A stretch of DNA of 64,000 nucleotides, taken from positions 282,782,001-282,846,000 of the forward strand of contig OZ024742.1 of NCBI GenBank assembly GCA_964016885.1, written 5' to 3'. The translations under genes and the position numbers were made by a program. Below the pieces are notes generated by a model. That model saw only the letters and a program-made list of their open reading frames with translations, did not search any database and was not told the DNA's origin. The DNA comes from Eledone cirrhosa. Taxonomy: Eukaryota. Of the stretch, positions 39,012-52,539 are shown one piece after another (position 1 is the first letter of the stretch; every line of letters begins with the position of its first letter).

Positions 39012-39314
39012 CTGGTGTAGAGAATGTATCATAGATTCAGATTTTTGCCAAATATGGTGCAGTCACTGCGTGATTATATATATATATATACATATAATAT
39101 ATGTGTGTGTGTGTGTGCATATTTGTATGTAAATGAATCGGTCTACAAGAGTGCATATGTTTGTATAAATGTGTATATTCGTTGTGTTCATGTGTTGCGA
39201 ATATACATATATGTGTGAGTGTATGTAAATGAATGTGTGTGTACATTTGGAATTGTGTGCGTCTAGCTTTACCTAATAGAGCCTGCTTATTTGTGAATTA
39301 TCTTATATAACTCT

Positions 39315-40308
39315 CCAGTAATGTACGAAAGGTTTACAGGGGCTAAGCTGAACCGGGACAAATCGATCGGGTTGCTACTCGGCACGTGGAGGGGCAAACC
39401 GATGCCCTCCGATTGCGTCGTCGGACGCTGGACGGAGGACCCGGTGAAGTTGCTCGGGTTCTGGTACAGACCAGACCTCCAGGTGGAGAAGAACTGGGGT
39501 GAGGTAACGAACAGGGTGTTTGCACTAACTCAGAAGTGTGCCGAGTGCAAACTATCCCTGAAAGGTCGGGCGGAGGTGGCGAACACTTATATAGCGTCCG
39601 TCATCTACTACCGCATGACCGTCGTGCCTTGCCCAAAGGAAACGCTCACCAAAATGGAGTGCGCACTCTTCCAATTCCTTTGTAAGAAGCGGGCCCCTTT
39701 GGTGAGGAGATCCATCTGCTGTCAATACCCTTCGAAAGGAGGGCTGGGGATGCCGTGGCTGCTGATGCGTAAACGCGCATTAAGGCTACGGCACCTCCAA
39801 GTATTCCTCACCGGTCAACCGGTGTGGGCTCCGTTTATGAGACGAACCTTTCCGAGACTCGTCTCACTCTTCGAGCTGCAATCCTGGGTCAAGCAAAGAC
39901 TGAGAAAACTGGGCGCCTGGCACACCGAGTGTGCCCAGGCGCTCACGGCTCTCTGCGGAGACTCCACCTCGACATTCTATAGAGGGCTAGTACGCAGCAT
40001 GTGCGATGACGCCCTTGGAGAAGCCCTAGGCATGGAGGAAGACGAACTGGCTAGTCTGTTCGGTAGGATATTTAGCCCGGGACCCATGGACAACTTCCAG
40101 AGGTCTCTGGCCTGACAGTGCTACCGAGGGGCTCTGCCCGTTCTAGAAAAGCTCTACAGACACGGGCGCCCGGGTAGGGACCCCTCGAAAAAGATCTGTC
40201 CCAGATACGTGCACGACGAGGAAACTTTTTACTCGTTCTTTTGTGTAAACTCCCACCACCCCTGTATTTGTCCTCTTCTTTTGTGCCCTCGTGGCAATAA
40301 ATAGAAAC
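39315..40308 (+). mobile_element. 5'-truncated Tx1/L1-group LINE (end of RT, thumb, zf-RVT-like region) with a 17-bp TSD
   Basis: ORF 39321-40115 has GAKLNRDKS, VKLLG, LSLKGRAEVAN, KGGLGMP motifs; past the TGA (expected W) it continues QCYRGALPVLEKLYRHG...ICPRY..DEET; TTATCTTATATAACTCT at 39298-39314 and 40309-40325; AATAAA near the 3' end. Confidence 0.93.
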
Positions 40309-40427
40309 TTATCTTATATAACTCTTACACACTGAAACTTGTTGTACTGTACTTGTATATATTGGGTCTTCAAATATGAAATTTGTAGAAAAAAACGACA
40401 AATTTCTACAAATCTCATACATGACGA

Positions 40428-40499
<72 letters not shown>

Positions 40500-40664
40500 C
40501 CAAAAGTTAAACAAGGTTCATTGATTAATCAAGGAATATAGTTTTACAATAGATTAGAAGCACTCAACTAAAAGTTTTCTGGAGTTATTAATATTAATTC
40601 AAAATATTAATATATGTATACATTCACGTAATCAAAATATATTTTATTATATATATTTATTTTT

Positions 40665-40721
<57 letters not shown>

Positions 40722-40894
40722 GGATACATATATTCATTATATTCATTATATATATACACGGATGTCATGAATCTAGACATAAATTATTCCAACATGGCCG
40801 TCTCATCAAAAAACCAAGATGTCTGACAATTCCGTCGTTAACAACGCCACTTTATGCTGGTTGCTAATAATTAAAAATATATTTAATTGATGTT

Positions 40895-41330
40895 AGAGAT
40901 GGTGATGTGGTGTAGTGGTGGTGGTGTGGTGTCGTGAAGGTGGTATGGTGGTGGTTTGATGTGGTGTAGTGGTGGTGGTGTGGTGTCGTGGAGGTGGTAT
41001 GGTGGTGGTTTGATGTGGTGTGATGTCGTGGTGGTGTGATGGCGGTATTATATGTCGTGATGTGGTGTAGTGGTGGTGGTGTGGTGTCGTGGAGGTGGTA
41101 TGGTGGTGGTTTGATGTGGTGTAGTGGTGGTGGTGTGGTGTCGTGGAGGTGGTATGGTGGTGGTTTGATGTGGTGTGATGGCGGTATTACATGTCGTGGT
41201 GTAGTGTAGTGTGTTGGTGGGGTGATATTAATTTTTGTGGTGTTGGTGAGGTAGTGGCACGGTGTGGTGGTGGAGTTGTAATGGTAAGGTGGTGTTAATT
41301 TTTGGTGGTGTGGGGCTCGTGGTGGATTGC
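40895..41330. repeat. GGT/GTG-rich minisatellite
   Basis: TGATGTGGTGTAGTGGTGGTGGTGTGGTGTCGTGGAGGTGGTATGGTGGTGGTT units. Confidence 0.9.
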
Positions 41331-41500
41331 AGATGGCAGTGGTGTTCTATGGGACGTTTTATGTGATGGAGAGGTAACAACAACAACAACACAACATTCC
41401 CCAACTAATTTAATTAGTTGTTAATTGAAAATTGTTAATAAATTATCCAGAATTGATTTAGTGAACTCTCGCACACCTGGGGTGGGATATATATATAAAC

Positions 41501-41647
41501 TTATTAAAGTGTGACACCAAGAATAAAACGACCAAAAACATGTTGCCATAATGATATAACATCGATATATACAAACAGGTGGAACATTGACCTGGACCAT
41601 GGCAACATGCTTTTGGTCGCTTTATTCTTGGTGTCACACTTTATTAA
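41501..41647. repeat. Inverted repeat with arms of about 45 bp, after a short (TA)n
   Basis: TAAAGTGTGACACCAAGAATAAAACGACCAAAAACATGTTGCCAT / ATGGCAACATGCTTTTGGTCGCTTTATTCTTGGTGTCACACTTTA. Confidence 0.85.
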
Positions 41648-41777
41648 CTTTTTGTGTTTACTCTCGATGAAAATGTATTAACTTTTCGCACCATTGAGTG
41701 CTTTTCTGGCTGCTTCAAATAATTCGATTAGTATCTGCTATACTGCGGCTACAACTTCGATTTATAACCATTATGAA

Positions 41778-41955
41778 TTGGCAGTATCGGTAGAGGGTTG
41801 GACGCCATGCTTTCTAGCATAGTTACGTCCCTTTACAGTCGGAGTTCAAATCCCGCCGAGGTTAACTTTGCCTTTCATCCTTACGGGGTCGATACAATAA
41901 AGTACCATAATGTACTGGGTATTTGCTGGCCTTGTGCCTAAAGTAGAAACAATTA
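41778..41955 (+). mobile_element. Near full-length tRNA-derived SINE (tail A)
   Basis: A-box TGGCAGTATCGGT, B-box GAGTTCAAATCCC, core and tail nearly identical to 20519 and 46055. Confidence 0.92.
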
Positions 41956-41974
41956 TATATATATATATATATAA

Positions 41975-42212
41975 AACAAAGTGAGGTTTCACATTAAGGT
42001 CTTTATTTATTATACACAGTTACGACTAGGCTGGAATCGGGTCGGTAGAATTTATATGGATCCTGAGCCACCCATCTGAGAAACGGTCGTAAATGCGTAC
42101 AAACAATAAAGGCCTTAATGTGAAAACTCGCTTTGTTATCAATATATACACTCTGCCTTAGCATACAGTGCTGGTTTTGGAACCTTGCTCAGTAATCTAC
42201 TGAACCACCTAT
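41975..42212. mobile_element. (TA)n-embedded fold-back element
   Basis: AACAAAGTGAGGTTTCACATTAAGGTCTTTATT pairs with AATAAAGGCCTTAATGTGAAAACTCGCTTTGTT (ends 42137). Confidence 0.65.
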
Positions 42213-42369
42213 TATATATATATATATATTAATACAGTACAACGGGTAAAAACAGATATACACACACGTCTGTCACTCTCGCTCACATATACCCACAAGC
42301 ACATACCCACATTACATTGTCACACACACACAAATATACCGTTTTGCACTATCAATTGTACACATACCT

Positions 42370-42620
42370 GCGTGTATGTTGGATCTACGTCGGTTCCTAC
42401 GATGAGTGTTCTTGTTTGATTAACGATTAGCTTACTCGCGAAATGTATTCGCAAGTGACTGACTATTCCACATCCTTGCAGTAATTATTGGAGGACTAAG
42501 CATGACACACTGGCTAACAATGTTGGCCATTTGAAAATAAAAGCACAACTCATTTTTCCCAGTTAGGTGATCCAGAGCAACCTGAAATAAAGTGTCTTGC
42601 TCAAGGACACAACGCGCTGC
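42370..42620 (-). mobile_element. Third SINE family (GTGTCCTTGAGCAAGACACTT central domain)
   Basis: rc reads GTGTCCTTGAGCAAGACACTTTATTTCAGGTTGCTC...GAAAAATGAGTTGT; matches 51595-51803. Confidence 0.65.
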
Positions 42621-42873
42621 TAAGAATCAAGCACACACACACACGCGCAAACATCACATTCATACAGCGTTAAACCCAACGAAACTTAAATCTCTATACC
42701 ACATACACAAATTTAAACATCTACACACACACAAACACACTCATATATATATGTGTGTGTGTGTGTGTTTATCCCGGGTTCAATCAGGGGTAACCACAGT
42801 AAGTAAGGTACTCAATACATAGCAGAGTATAAATATTTTCTATATTTCTATATTAAATATATATATATATATA

Positions 42874-43403
42874 TTTCGTTTCTGAATTTGTTTAGCAAGA
42901 TTCTTTATCTGAAAACGTGTGTTGAAACCGATATTGTTATACTTTGGGAGGGTCATGTTGCCAATAACAAACACACGCACCAGTTGCTTTCACTTCAATT
43001 TATTATAAATTAAATTTATAAATTAAGAATTTATAAGTTTTCGGTTGGTTGGTTGGTTCCACAACCAGACGATTGTTCATATATTGTCAAAGTTCCTTCG
43101 TCGGTGTCTGTGTGTGTTTATATTTGTTTATTTATTTGTTTACATGTTACTGGGTGGTTGTTTGTTCTATGTGTGTGTGTGTTTTCATTTTGTCCTCAAT
43201 TGTAAGTTGTGATGTTGCTATTCCATTCATGTTTTCTATTTAATTTTGGTTGGAGTTCATTTATGTTTATTGCCTCTGTGATTTGTCTAAACATTGCGTC
43301 TTTTCTGTGTGTAGATTCCATTTTTATTTCTATGTTCTTTAATTGACCCTTATGTTCTATGGTGCGTGTGTTTCTTATTGGCAACATGACCCTCCCAAAG
43401 TAT

Positions 43404-43411
<8 letters not shown>
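42874..43411. mobile_element. (TA)n-embedded element with a 52-bp inverted repeat
   Basis: 42931-42982 is the reverse complement of 43360-43411 with one mismatch. Confidence 0.8.
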
Positions 43412-43443
<32 letters not shown>

Positions 43444-43451
43444 GTTTAATG

Positions 43452-43525
<74 letters not shown>

Positions 43526-43533
43526 GTTTAATG

Positions 43534-43585
<52 letters not shown>

Positions 43586-43593
43586 GTTTAATG

Positions 43594-43647
<54 letters not shown>

Positions 43648-43705
43648 GTTTAATGCTATATATATATATATATGGGTTTAACGCTATATATATATGGGTT
43701 TAACG

Positions 43706-43740
<35 letters not shown>
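43412..43740. repeat. (TA)n array punctuated by six GGGTTTAAYGC spacers
   Basis: Direct reading. Confidence 0.9.
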
Positions 43741-43743
<3 letters not shown>

Positions 43744-44024
43744 TCTGATAGTTTGTAATATTTTTTACATAGATCTATATGATATACATACCAACACACA
43801 CATATATATCCTAGAAACGATCGTAAAATAATGAATTTTTTAATATAAGGAACTTGTTCTTTGTTTTTATTCATTGTTTTTATTAATTTATCTTAACTCT
43901 GTTTTCCTATGATTTTCATCGAAAATTTTTGAATGCATCTTCTCTTTTCATGATATTTGGATTACATTGAGTTCTTCATACGGATTGGACACTACCGTAT
44001 ATTTTGGTAGATTTATCTACACAC

Positions 44025-44109
<85 letters not shown>

Positions 44110-44158
44110 TTAAACCCAACAAAAATTAAGTATCTGTGTAATGCCATTGTTGTAACTG

Positions 44159-44193
<35 letters not shown>

Positions 44194-44529
44194 TATATAT
44201 ATACTGTATAGTTATTATTAGTAGTATTAGTTATTGTATTTGTAGTTTGTGCCTGGTATTTGTGAATGTTATAGTGTATTGATCATCTCCAGTATTTAGA
44301 AACCATCTTTAGTCAAGTAGGCTCCTCAAGTATTCACTCACTCTTTCCTCTTCCTCCTCTTCCTCCTCCTCCTCCCCGCTCTCCACTCAAATTGGAAACC
44401 AATGATTTATTAGTTTATATAGGTGTGTATTTGTGTGTTTATATTCTTATGTGAGTGTAGGGGTCAGTGTATGTGTGTGCATGTGGTTCTGTAGGTACGT
44501 GTGAATGTGTTTATGGCTCTACATATATG

Positions 44530-44602
44530 AATACGTATATATATATATGTGTATATGTATGTACGTGATGTATATATATGTGTGTATGTATATGCATATA
44601 TA

Positions 44603-44665
<63 letters not shown>

Positions 44666-45050
44666 GTGTGTGTGTGTGTATATATATATATGTGTGTGTG
44701 TATATATATATATGTGTGTGTGTGTGTGTCTATATATATGTGTGTGTATGTATATATATATATATATATGTGTGTGTGTATATATATATATATGTGTGTG
44801 TGTATATATATATATATGTGTGTGTGTATATATATATATGTGTGTGTGTGTGTATATATATATATGTGTGTGTGTATATATATATATATATATGTGTGTG
44901 TGTATATATATATGTGTGTGTGTGTATATATATATATGTGTGTGTGTATATATATATATGTGTGTGTGTGTGTGTATATATATGTGTGTGTGTGTGTGTA
45001 TATATATGTGTGTGTGTATATTCATATGTTTGTGTGTGTGTTTGTGTGCG
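44530..45050. repeat. Alternating (TA)n(TG)n satellite
   Basis: Direct reading. Confidence 0.95.
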
Positions 45051-45614
45051 TGCGGGAGATAGCTAGATATAGATTTATTCCTGGTTCTGTGTTCTATGTA
45101 TTTCTAGTGGTTCCGACTCTTGCTCTCTTACGTGCCTCTGGCTCTTATATTTGTGTATATATATATATATGTATATATAAACACATATAGACAGACGCAT
45201 ACACACATACACCTATAGAGAGACACATAAACACACAACCATCTACACACCATGAAGTGGTTCAGTGATTCAGTTATTGACCGGTTCAGTTGTTGAACAA
45301 AACAATTGTAGTGTCTTTACCAGTCAATGGAACTTTATTTGCTTTGTTCGGCTAGTTATTGTAGTTATTGTTGTTGGACTGGTAGTTGTTGTTGCTAATG
45401 TCTTTGTTATTATACTAGTGGTTGTTGTAGCTGCTGGTGTTGATATTGTTGTTTTTGTACCGGCTGTTGTTGTTGTTGTACTGGTCCTTGTTGTTGTTAT
45501 TTTTGCCCGTTGTTCTTATACTGATTTCAATTGTTGATTTTTTTTTTATGATTTAAAAAGAAAAAAAATGACTTGCTTTCTTATTTTAAATTGCATTTTT
45601 GTTCTTTAAGTATG

Positions 45615-46010
45615 TGTTGGTGTGTTGGTGTGTTCACTGCACTGTAGTGTTGGTGTGTTTACTGTACTGTAGTATTGGTGGGTTAGCTAAATTCACTGTA
45701 CTGTAGTGTTGGTGTATTAGCTGTGTTCACTGTACTGTAGTGTTAGTGGGTTAGCTGTGTTTACTGTAGTGTTAGTTGTGTTTACTGTAGTGTTGGTGTG
45801 TTTACTGTATTGTAGTGTTGGTGGTTTATTGTAGTGTTGGTGTGTTAGCTGTGTTCAGTTTAATGTAGTGTTGGTGTATTAGCTGTGTTCGGTTTAATGT
45901 AGTGTTGTGTGTGTTATGTCCAATATAGTGTAGTGTTGGTGTATTAACAGTATTGTAATGTACTGATGTTGTGTTAACTATGTTCACTGAAGTGTTGTTG
46001 ATGTGTTAAC
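45615..46010. repeat. Degenerate TGTAGTGTTGGTGTGTTAGCTGTGTTCAC minisatellite
   Basis: Direct reading. Confidence 0.8.
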
Positions 46011-46054
46011 CGATTTGCTAATTATTGATATCATTATTGTTTCTACTTTTATTG

Positions 46055-46251
46055 ATAACATTATTGTTTTTACTTTTTGGCACAAGGCCAACAATTACCC
46101 AGTACATTACTGGTACTTTATTTTATCGATCCCGTAAGGATGAAAGGCAAAGTTAACCTCGGTGGGATTTGAACTCAGAATGGCAAGGGCCTTAACTCTA
46201 TGCGCCAAAGCATGGCGTCCGACCCTCTACTGATACTGCCAATCCACCGCT
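46055..46251 (-). mobile_element. Full-length tRNA-derived SINE (tail A)
   Basis: rc of the 41778 copy. Confidence 0.92.
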
Positions 46252-46393
46252 ATCAATAATGATAGTGATTTATCTTATTAGCCATAAAGGTATAGGACGT
46301 TAGGGGCAATAGAAGAACGAAAGCAAAGATCTGTAATGAATAAGAATAAGGACTACAATGTATTAAATTTAATTGTTGCGAAACATTTCTTTT

Positions 46394-47045
46394 CGGTGGA
46401 TTGGCAGAATCGGTAGAGCGTCGGACAACATGTTTTGCGACATATAGTTACAGATCGTTTACGTTTTGATTTCAAATACTGCCAAGATTAGCGTTGCCTT
46501 TCTTCCTTACGGGATCGATAAAATAAAGCACCAGTGAGGCATGGTTGAGCAGTTAAGAAGTTCTCTTCGCAATCATGAAGTCTGGGGTTCGATCCAAGTG
46601 CATGGCATTATAGGCAAATATTTTTACCATAGCCACAGTTCAGCCACAAACTTTGTGATTGTATTGAGTAGACGGTAGCTGTGTAGATGTCCGTCGGATA
46701 GATTTGTACCTGGAATTCGAGGCGCCATTCTTGTCTCATTATGTTTTACTAATTCGACGTAGGAATTACATTAAGGGTACACGTATTTGTGCACTACTCA
46801 ACTACTTATATTCTAATACAAGATAGTTTGTACATCGAATTGATATGTCCTTCCTAGCCACACCGCGTCACGCTTCTTTGGCCAGAAATGACGTTAAAGG
46901 AACACGTGTATGTAGGATATCCAACCACTTACACGTTAATTCACGAGTTGGATGTCCAGTTGATCGAAGAACTGTATGCTCATCGTAGAAACCAACGGAG
47001 GTCCTGTCATATGGTCATCGTAGAAACCGATGGAGGTCCTGTCAT
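46394..47045 (+). mobile_element. Chain of SINEs from all three families (46394-46535, 46536-46697, 46700-47045)
   Basis: Successive heads and cores: CGGTGGATTGGCAGAATCGGTAGAG; GGCATGGTTGAGCAGTTAAGAAG...GGTTCGATCC; CCACTTACACGTTAATTCACGAG. Confidence 0.75.
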
Positions 47046-47309
47046 TTGTTCATTCAATGTCCTTTTATTCATTTATTTATTTACTGTTGTCCGTTTAATA
47101 CCACTCCCTCACCCCCCGCTAAAAATTCTCTTTAAATACTTCAGCAGTATGAGGAATATTCGCAACAGCTAAACTAGAATGATTTTTTTTCAAAAATAAA
47201 AAAAATTAGATAAAATTATTTTACATCAAATAAAATTTTAAAAAATTGTTAAATTTTATTAAAGAATTACTTTTTGTTGTTGTTTTCCGTGAATTTTATT
47301 GTTAATATT

Positions 47310-48035
47310 GTTATTATTATCATCATTATTGATGCAGAAACAATTATCATTATCATCATCATTATCAACATTATCAACATCACCATTGTCGTCGTTGTCA
47401 TTATCATCATCATCATCATCATCATCATTGTCGTCGTTGTCATTATCATCATCATCATCATCATTATCAACATTATCAACATCACCATTGTCGTCGTTGT
47501 CATTATCATCATCATCATCATCATCATCATTGTCGTCGTTGTCATTATCATCATCATCATCATCATTATCAACATTATCAACATCACCATTGTCGTCGTT
47601 GTCATTATCATCATCATCATCATCATCATCATTGTCGTCGTTGTCATTATCATCATCATCATCATCATTATCAACATTATCAACATCACCATTGTCGTCG
47701 TTGTCATTATCATCATCATCATCATCATCATCATTGTCGTCGTTGTCATTATCATCATCATCATCATCATTATCAACATTATCAACATCACCATTGTCGT
47801 CGTTGTCATTATCATCATCATCATCATCATCATCATCATTGTCGTCGTTGTCATTATCATCATCATCATCATCATCATCAACATTATCAACATCACCATT
47901 GTCGTCGTTGTCATTATCATTATCATCATCATCATCATCATTATCAGCATCATCATTATCGTCATCATCATTATCATTGTCGTCATCATCATCATCATCA
48001 TTATCATTGTTGTGGTCATCATCATCATCATTATG
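47310..48035. repeat. (ATC)n-derived higher-order repeat, about 100-bp period
   Basis: ATTATCAACATTATCAACATCACCATTGTCGTCGTTGTC recurs six times. Confidence 0.95.
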
Positions 48036-48712
48036 CGTGTCATCGTGTTACCTTCCATTGGCAATTTGCGAGATTAAAATTATTTGTCTGAGACGAAAAG
48101 GGATTTTTTTTTTTTTTTTTTTTTTAAATAAAAAACCCATCAATTCTATGATAAAATGTAATCGAGTCGGTTGGTGCGCACGCGTCTGTGTATGTGTGTC
48201 TGTGCATGCGCACGCGTCTGTGTATGTGTGTCTGTGCATGCGCACGCTCCATTTTCTGATTTGATATTTAAATTTTAAAACGACGAAACCATTTTTTTTT
48301 TTATTATTAAAAAGAAACTCAATAATATTTAAGCAAGATGGATTTTTTTTTAATCGAAAATAATGATAATAAATAATAATAAAACAGTTTTTAACTGACC
48401 TCTTCTCCAGAGATCGATAGATGGATGTGGAGATCTGACTTTGACAATTAATTTCGAACTGGTTACACCACAGAAACAAATAAATCTATTTGTGTGTTTT
48501 TTTAATAAATACATCCTCTTGAGATGAGAAGTTCTTGAGAGCCATTGACCTTATTGCCACCAGCACCATCACCATCATTAACAACGACAACTACGGCAAT
48601 GACCATGACAAAAGATCTAATGAGAGAAGTCTTTATGCGGTCGTTCAACATGCTGTGGTTAGCAATAATATCTGTCGCTAATCACAACCTGTGCTCTTAA
48701 AGAGTGCTTAGA

Positions 48713-48938
48713 CAGGGCCGGTGGAACTGGAGGGACTTATAGTTTTCTCCCCCAACAATCAAAACGCACATCTAGTTGTATATCAGCTACAATTTATGTA
48801 CATGTTATGTTTATCGCATGTTGAAGTTGTTTACATCTTGGTTGATATTTGATAATAACAGCTAAACTAATCACTACAACTAAATTAACCAAATTTGCCC
48901 TCCCCTCACCAAATTTAGAAATGCTTCCACCGCCCCTG
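48713..48938. mobile_element. MITE with CAGGG TIRs and a 5-bp TSD TTAGA
   Basis: CAGGGCCGGTGGAA...TTCCACCGCCCCTG; TTAGA at 48708-48712 and 48939-48943. Confidence 0.75.
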
Positions 48939-49439
48939 TTAGATCAGGTGTCTCCAAATTGGTCGATGCGACTGTCCAGGGAGCCGATTGAATTTTGGTG
49001 CCAAAACTTTGACAGTCTTATAAGAAATGAAAATACATAAAATGATAGAAAACTTGCATATAGTCTGTTTACTGGGTAGATGAGGGGTCAGTAGTCTGAA
49101 AGGTTTTGGGATACCTACATAAGAAAGTGTAACCTAAAAAGACGGGAATAGTGGATTTGCTAGCGTTCCTCGGTTGGCTTAAATGCCTGGCGGAAACTGG
49201 ATTCCCCTATTTTTCAGTTTCTCATTTTCAACCTTCGTCTCATAATACTTACCTTATTACTTGTGGTAATTGTGGTCTATTTATTATCTTGTTATTCGTA
49301 AGGCTAGGGTAGGGCTCAAACTCAAGGACTGTGTGAATCAGTAGCTGGGCTAAAGTGCCGTTTAAGGCATAACCATTAGAAGTTGGACTGAGAAGAATCT
49401 TCAAGCCTCACACGTCGATATACGACGGGAGAGCCCATC

Positions 49440-49494
<55 letters not shown>

Positions 49495-49519
49495 GAGACC
49501 GACTAAGATCTTATGAAAG

Positions 49520-49632
49520 AAAGTTGGGCGAAGACCAATGAAAAATGGACGAAACACAGGACTGAGGCCGACTGATGAGAAGGGACTGTCTTATATTTCG
49601 TCCGTTTTTTTCGTTGTCTTCGGCCACCTTTT
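49520..49632. repeat. Imperfect inverted repeat, arms of about 35 bp
   Basis: AAAGTTGGGCGAAGACCAATGAAAAATGGACGAAA / TTTCGTCCGTTTTTTTCGTTGTCTTCGGCCACCTTT. Confidence 0.7.
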
Positions 49633-49942
49633 TATTTTTTTAATTATATAGTGGTTCACTTTTCTGTCTGTTTTTCCCCACGTCCCCTTACAAATTACCA
49701 AACACAACTTTCATTCCATCCTTTCATCCTTTTGTTTCACTCAACCCTTGTATTTATACTTTTCTTTAATTGCTTTTTCTTCGTAAATCCTGCTATTAAT
49801 TATTGTTCAGTTATGTTTCGCCTTCTTCGTACATTAGTTATCGTGGTTGTATTGTTATTGTTGTAGATGCTGTACGTAAATATCTTAGGGTTTAGCAATA
49901 TCGACATAACAGAACCAATCTAACTGAAATGCAGAGAGAGAC

Positions 49943-50022
<80 letters not shown>

Positions 50023-50346
50023 TATGTGAGTGCGTATGTTGAGAGAGAGAGAGAGACTGTGTGTCTGTGAGAGTGAATGTGAAACAAGCAATTTGAGTGT
50101 GTGTGAGAGAGAGAGAGAGAAATGGAGAGGGTGAGACTCTTTGACTGTCGGTCTCATTTACCTGAGGAATTTCAATCGCTTCTACAGTTGACAAAAGAAA
50201 TGGATGAAGGTTTTTTGCACACAGAGAGAAGGGGTGGGAGAATCCTCTGTCTGTAAAACACACTCGTCTCTTCTGTAAATCTATTTCCTTTGGCAGACAA
50301 GCCTCCACCATCAACTTCACCACTACCTACCGTACACACACACACA

Positions 50347-50384
<38 letters not shown>

Positions 50385-50506
50385 CCCTCTCCGGGCTTTC
50401 TCTTTCCTTAAGAGCGCGTGTGTATGTGTCTAATGATTTTTCAACAAAGAGTAAATCACTGTTTCAGCTTTCAGTGAGCGTTTGATGAGAAACCGTGTAG
50501 TCGAGT

Positions 50507-50545
<39 letters not shown>

Positions 50546-50712
50546 CGTATTTTTCTCTCATATATATATATAAGAGAGATACGTACATATAGATATGCAT
50601 TTATATTTATGTATTTACTTGCATACACAGACATACTTACGAGTATATATATATAATTTTCTTTTCTTTTTCTTTTCGCCAATATTTCTTTTGAAATGGT
50701 TTTGGTCTTTAT

Positions 50713-50788
<76 letters not shown>

Positions 50789-51594
50789 GCAGTTTGCATT
50801 TTTCTCGTCTATTAGGCACCCCTCTCTTGCTCTCTTTTATTTTTACATAAGCAGAATTCCTGTTCCAAAAGATGATGGTCTTTTGGGGGGTGGAGGGAGA
50901 GGTAGATGGTAGAAGAATTGGTGATTGGAGGAATGGGTTGACGGTGAATGGTAATAATAGGATGGGGGGTTGTCTTGAAGAATAGACATGATGGACGTTA
51001 GAAGAAGAAAGAATCTTGCTTCTCTAATTGTATAAACATTACCAATTGGCATTTAGTTAGCTTGTTGTTGTTGTTGTAATGGCGGTGGTGGTGGTGTTTG
51101 GCCTTTTTTTAAAGGGTTTTGATTTGGTTTTGTTTTTGTGTGTGTGGTATTGGCGGTAACAACTAAAACATGATGGTGGAGAGGTGTGTGCGCTAGTTTA
51201 TGTTTTCCGTTATGCTCTCTTCTCTCCGTCTTCTATCTCCCGTCCTTACCTTTTGTTTTCGCTCAGTGGGAGGTCTACATAGATGGAATATATTGGGACC
51301 TGTTTGCTTATATTTCTCATACATAAGATCTCAGGTTCGAGCTCTCTCAGAGTCAGATTTTCCTTTTATTTAACGTACTTGATTTCCAATTATTTTTTCT
51401 GTTTAATGTTCAACGAAATTGTTTGTTTCCGATGATGTTGATCTTTTCTTCTTTTCGGGTTATACCTACTGTCGCTCAGAGAGTGGGATTGGCTCAGTGC
51501 ACAATCTTTCCTCACTTTCTTCACGCACAGGCATTGCATGAAATCATTAATAATGTTATATCGTGCAATGGCCATACTCGATAACGAGGGGACA

Positions 51595-51803
51595 GACATC
51601 ATTTATGTATGTTCCACTCATCTGGCAAAAATGAGTTGTACCTGTAATTCGAAGATCCAGCCTTGTCACATCCTGTGTTACGCTGAATCTCCCTGAGAAC
51701 TACGTCTGTGGAATGCTCATCCACTTGCACGTTAAGTTCACGAGCAGGCTGTTCCATTGTTTTCTAACTGGAACACTCGTCGTCGTTACCGACGGAGTGC
51801 CAG
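51595..51803 (+). mobile_element. Third SINE family, 3' part
   Basis: GGCAAAAATGAGTTGTACCTG...ACGCTGAATCTCCCTGAGAACTAC...CTCGTCGTCGTTACCGACGGAGTGCCAG; relatives at 27125, 37100, 42370 and 46700. Confidence 0.75.
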
Positions 51804-51917
51804 TACTAGTAGCATTATGTATGTATGTGAGAGAGATGGAGACAGACGCACGGATATATAATGTGTGTGTGTGTGTAGTATAGGTGAATGTGTATTTATG
51901 TGTTTATGTTGTGCGTG

Positions 51918-52004
<87 letters not shown>

Positions 52005-52539
52005 CACACACGTTGGTTTAAGTCATTTCTTTGAAGAAGTTAACCTCTCGTTTTATGTCTCCGTGGTGACGGTGGTGGCGACTCGATAATATTTGTACAG
52101 AAAAGCCCTCCTGTTTATTAAATATGACAGAAACACCTTCTGATAAATGCCGTGACCCTGTTGTTGCTGTAGACGTATTGCCCCCTAGTTCCCTTCCCTC
52201 TCACTGTCACACAACAGACAAAGACACACAGACAGATAGATATACAATAACTTGACAGAGTGGCACCACTTCAAACCTTACACTCATTTACCTTAATTAA
52301 AGTGTTACGAGGTGCAATTTCATTATTCTTTTTTACCACTCTTGAATCTCTAACTATAAAAGCTGTCTATTCTGTCTAGTTAAGCTAGGTAGATAACTAG
52401 ATATTTCATTTGTCTAATCTATCTATCCATGTGTCTATATATCTGTCTGTCTGTTTGTCTCCCTGTCTATTTACCACACACACACGCGCACACACACACA
52501 CGCACACGCACACGCACACGCACACGCACACACACACAC

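Noticed and set aside
41778-41860. tRNA genes at A-box/B-box matches
   Set aside because: They are SINE heads that run into the shared core, and I could not fold a cloverleaf
47267-48264. Met-, Ile- and Ser-rich ORFs (also 20601-21089), superficially reflectin- or His-rich-like
   Set aside because: (ATC)n repeats; no reflectin motif
49546-49590. GAAAC...CTGATGAG as a type II hammerhead ribozyme
   Set aside because: No stem III or UH cleavage triplet can be formed between the motifs
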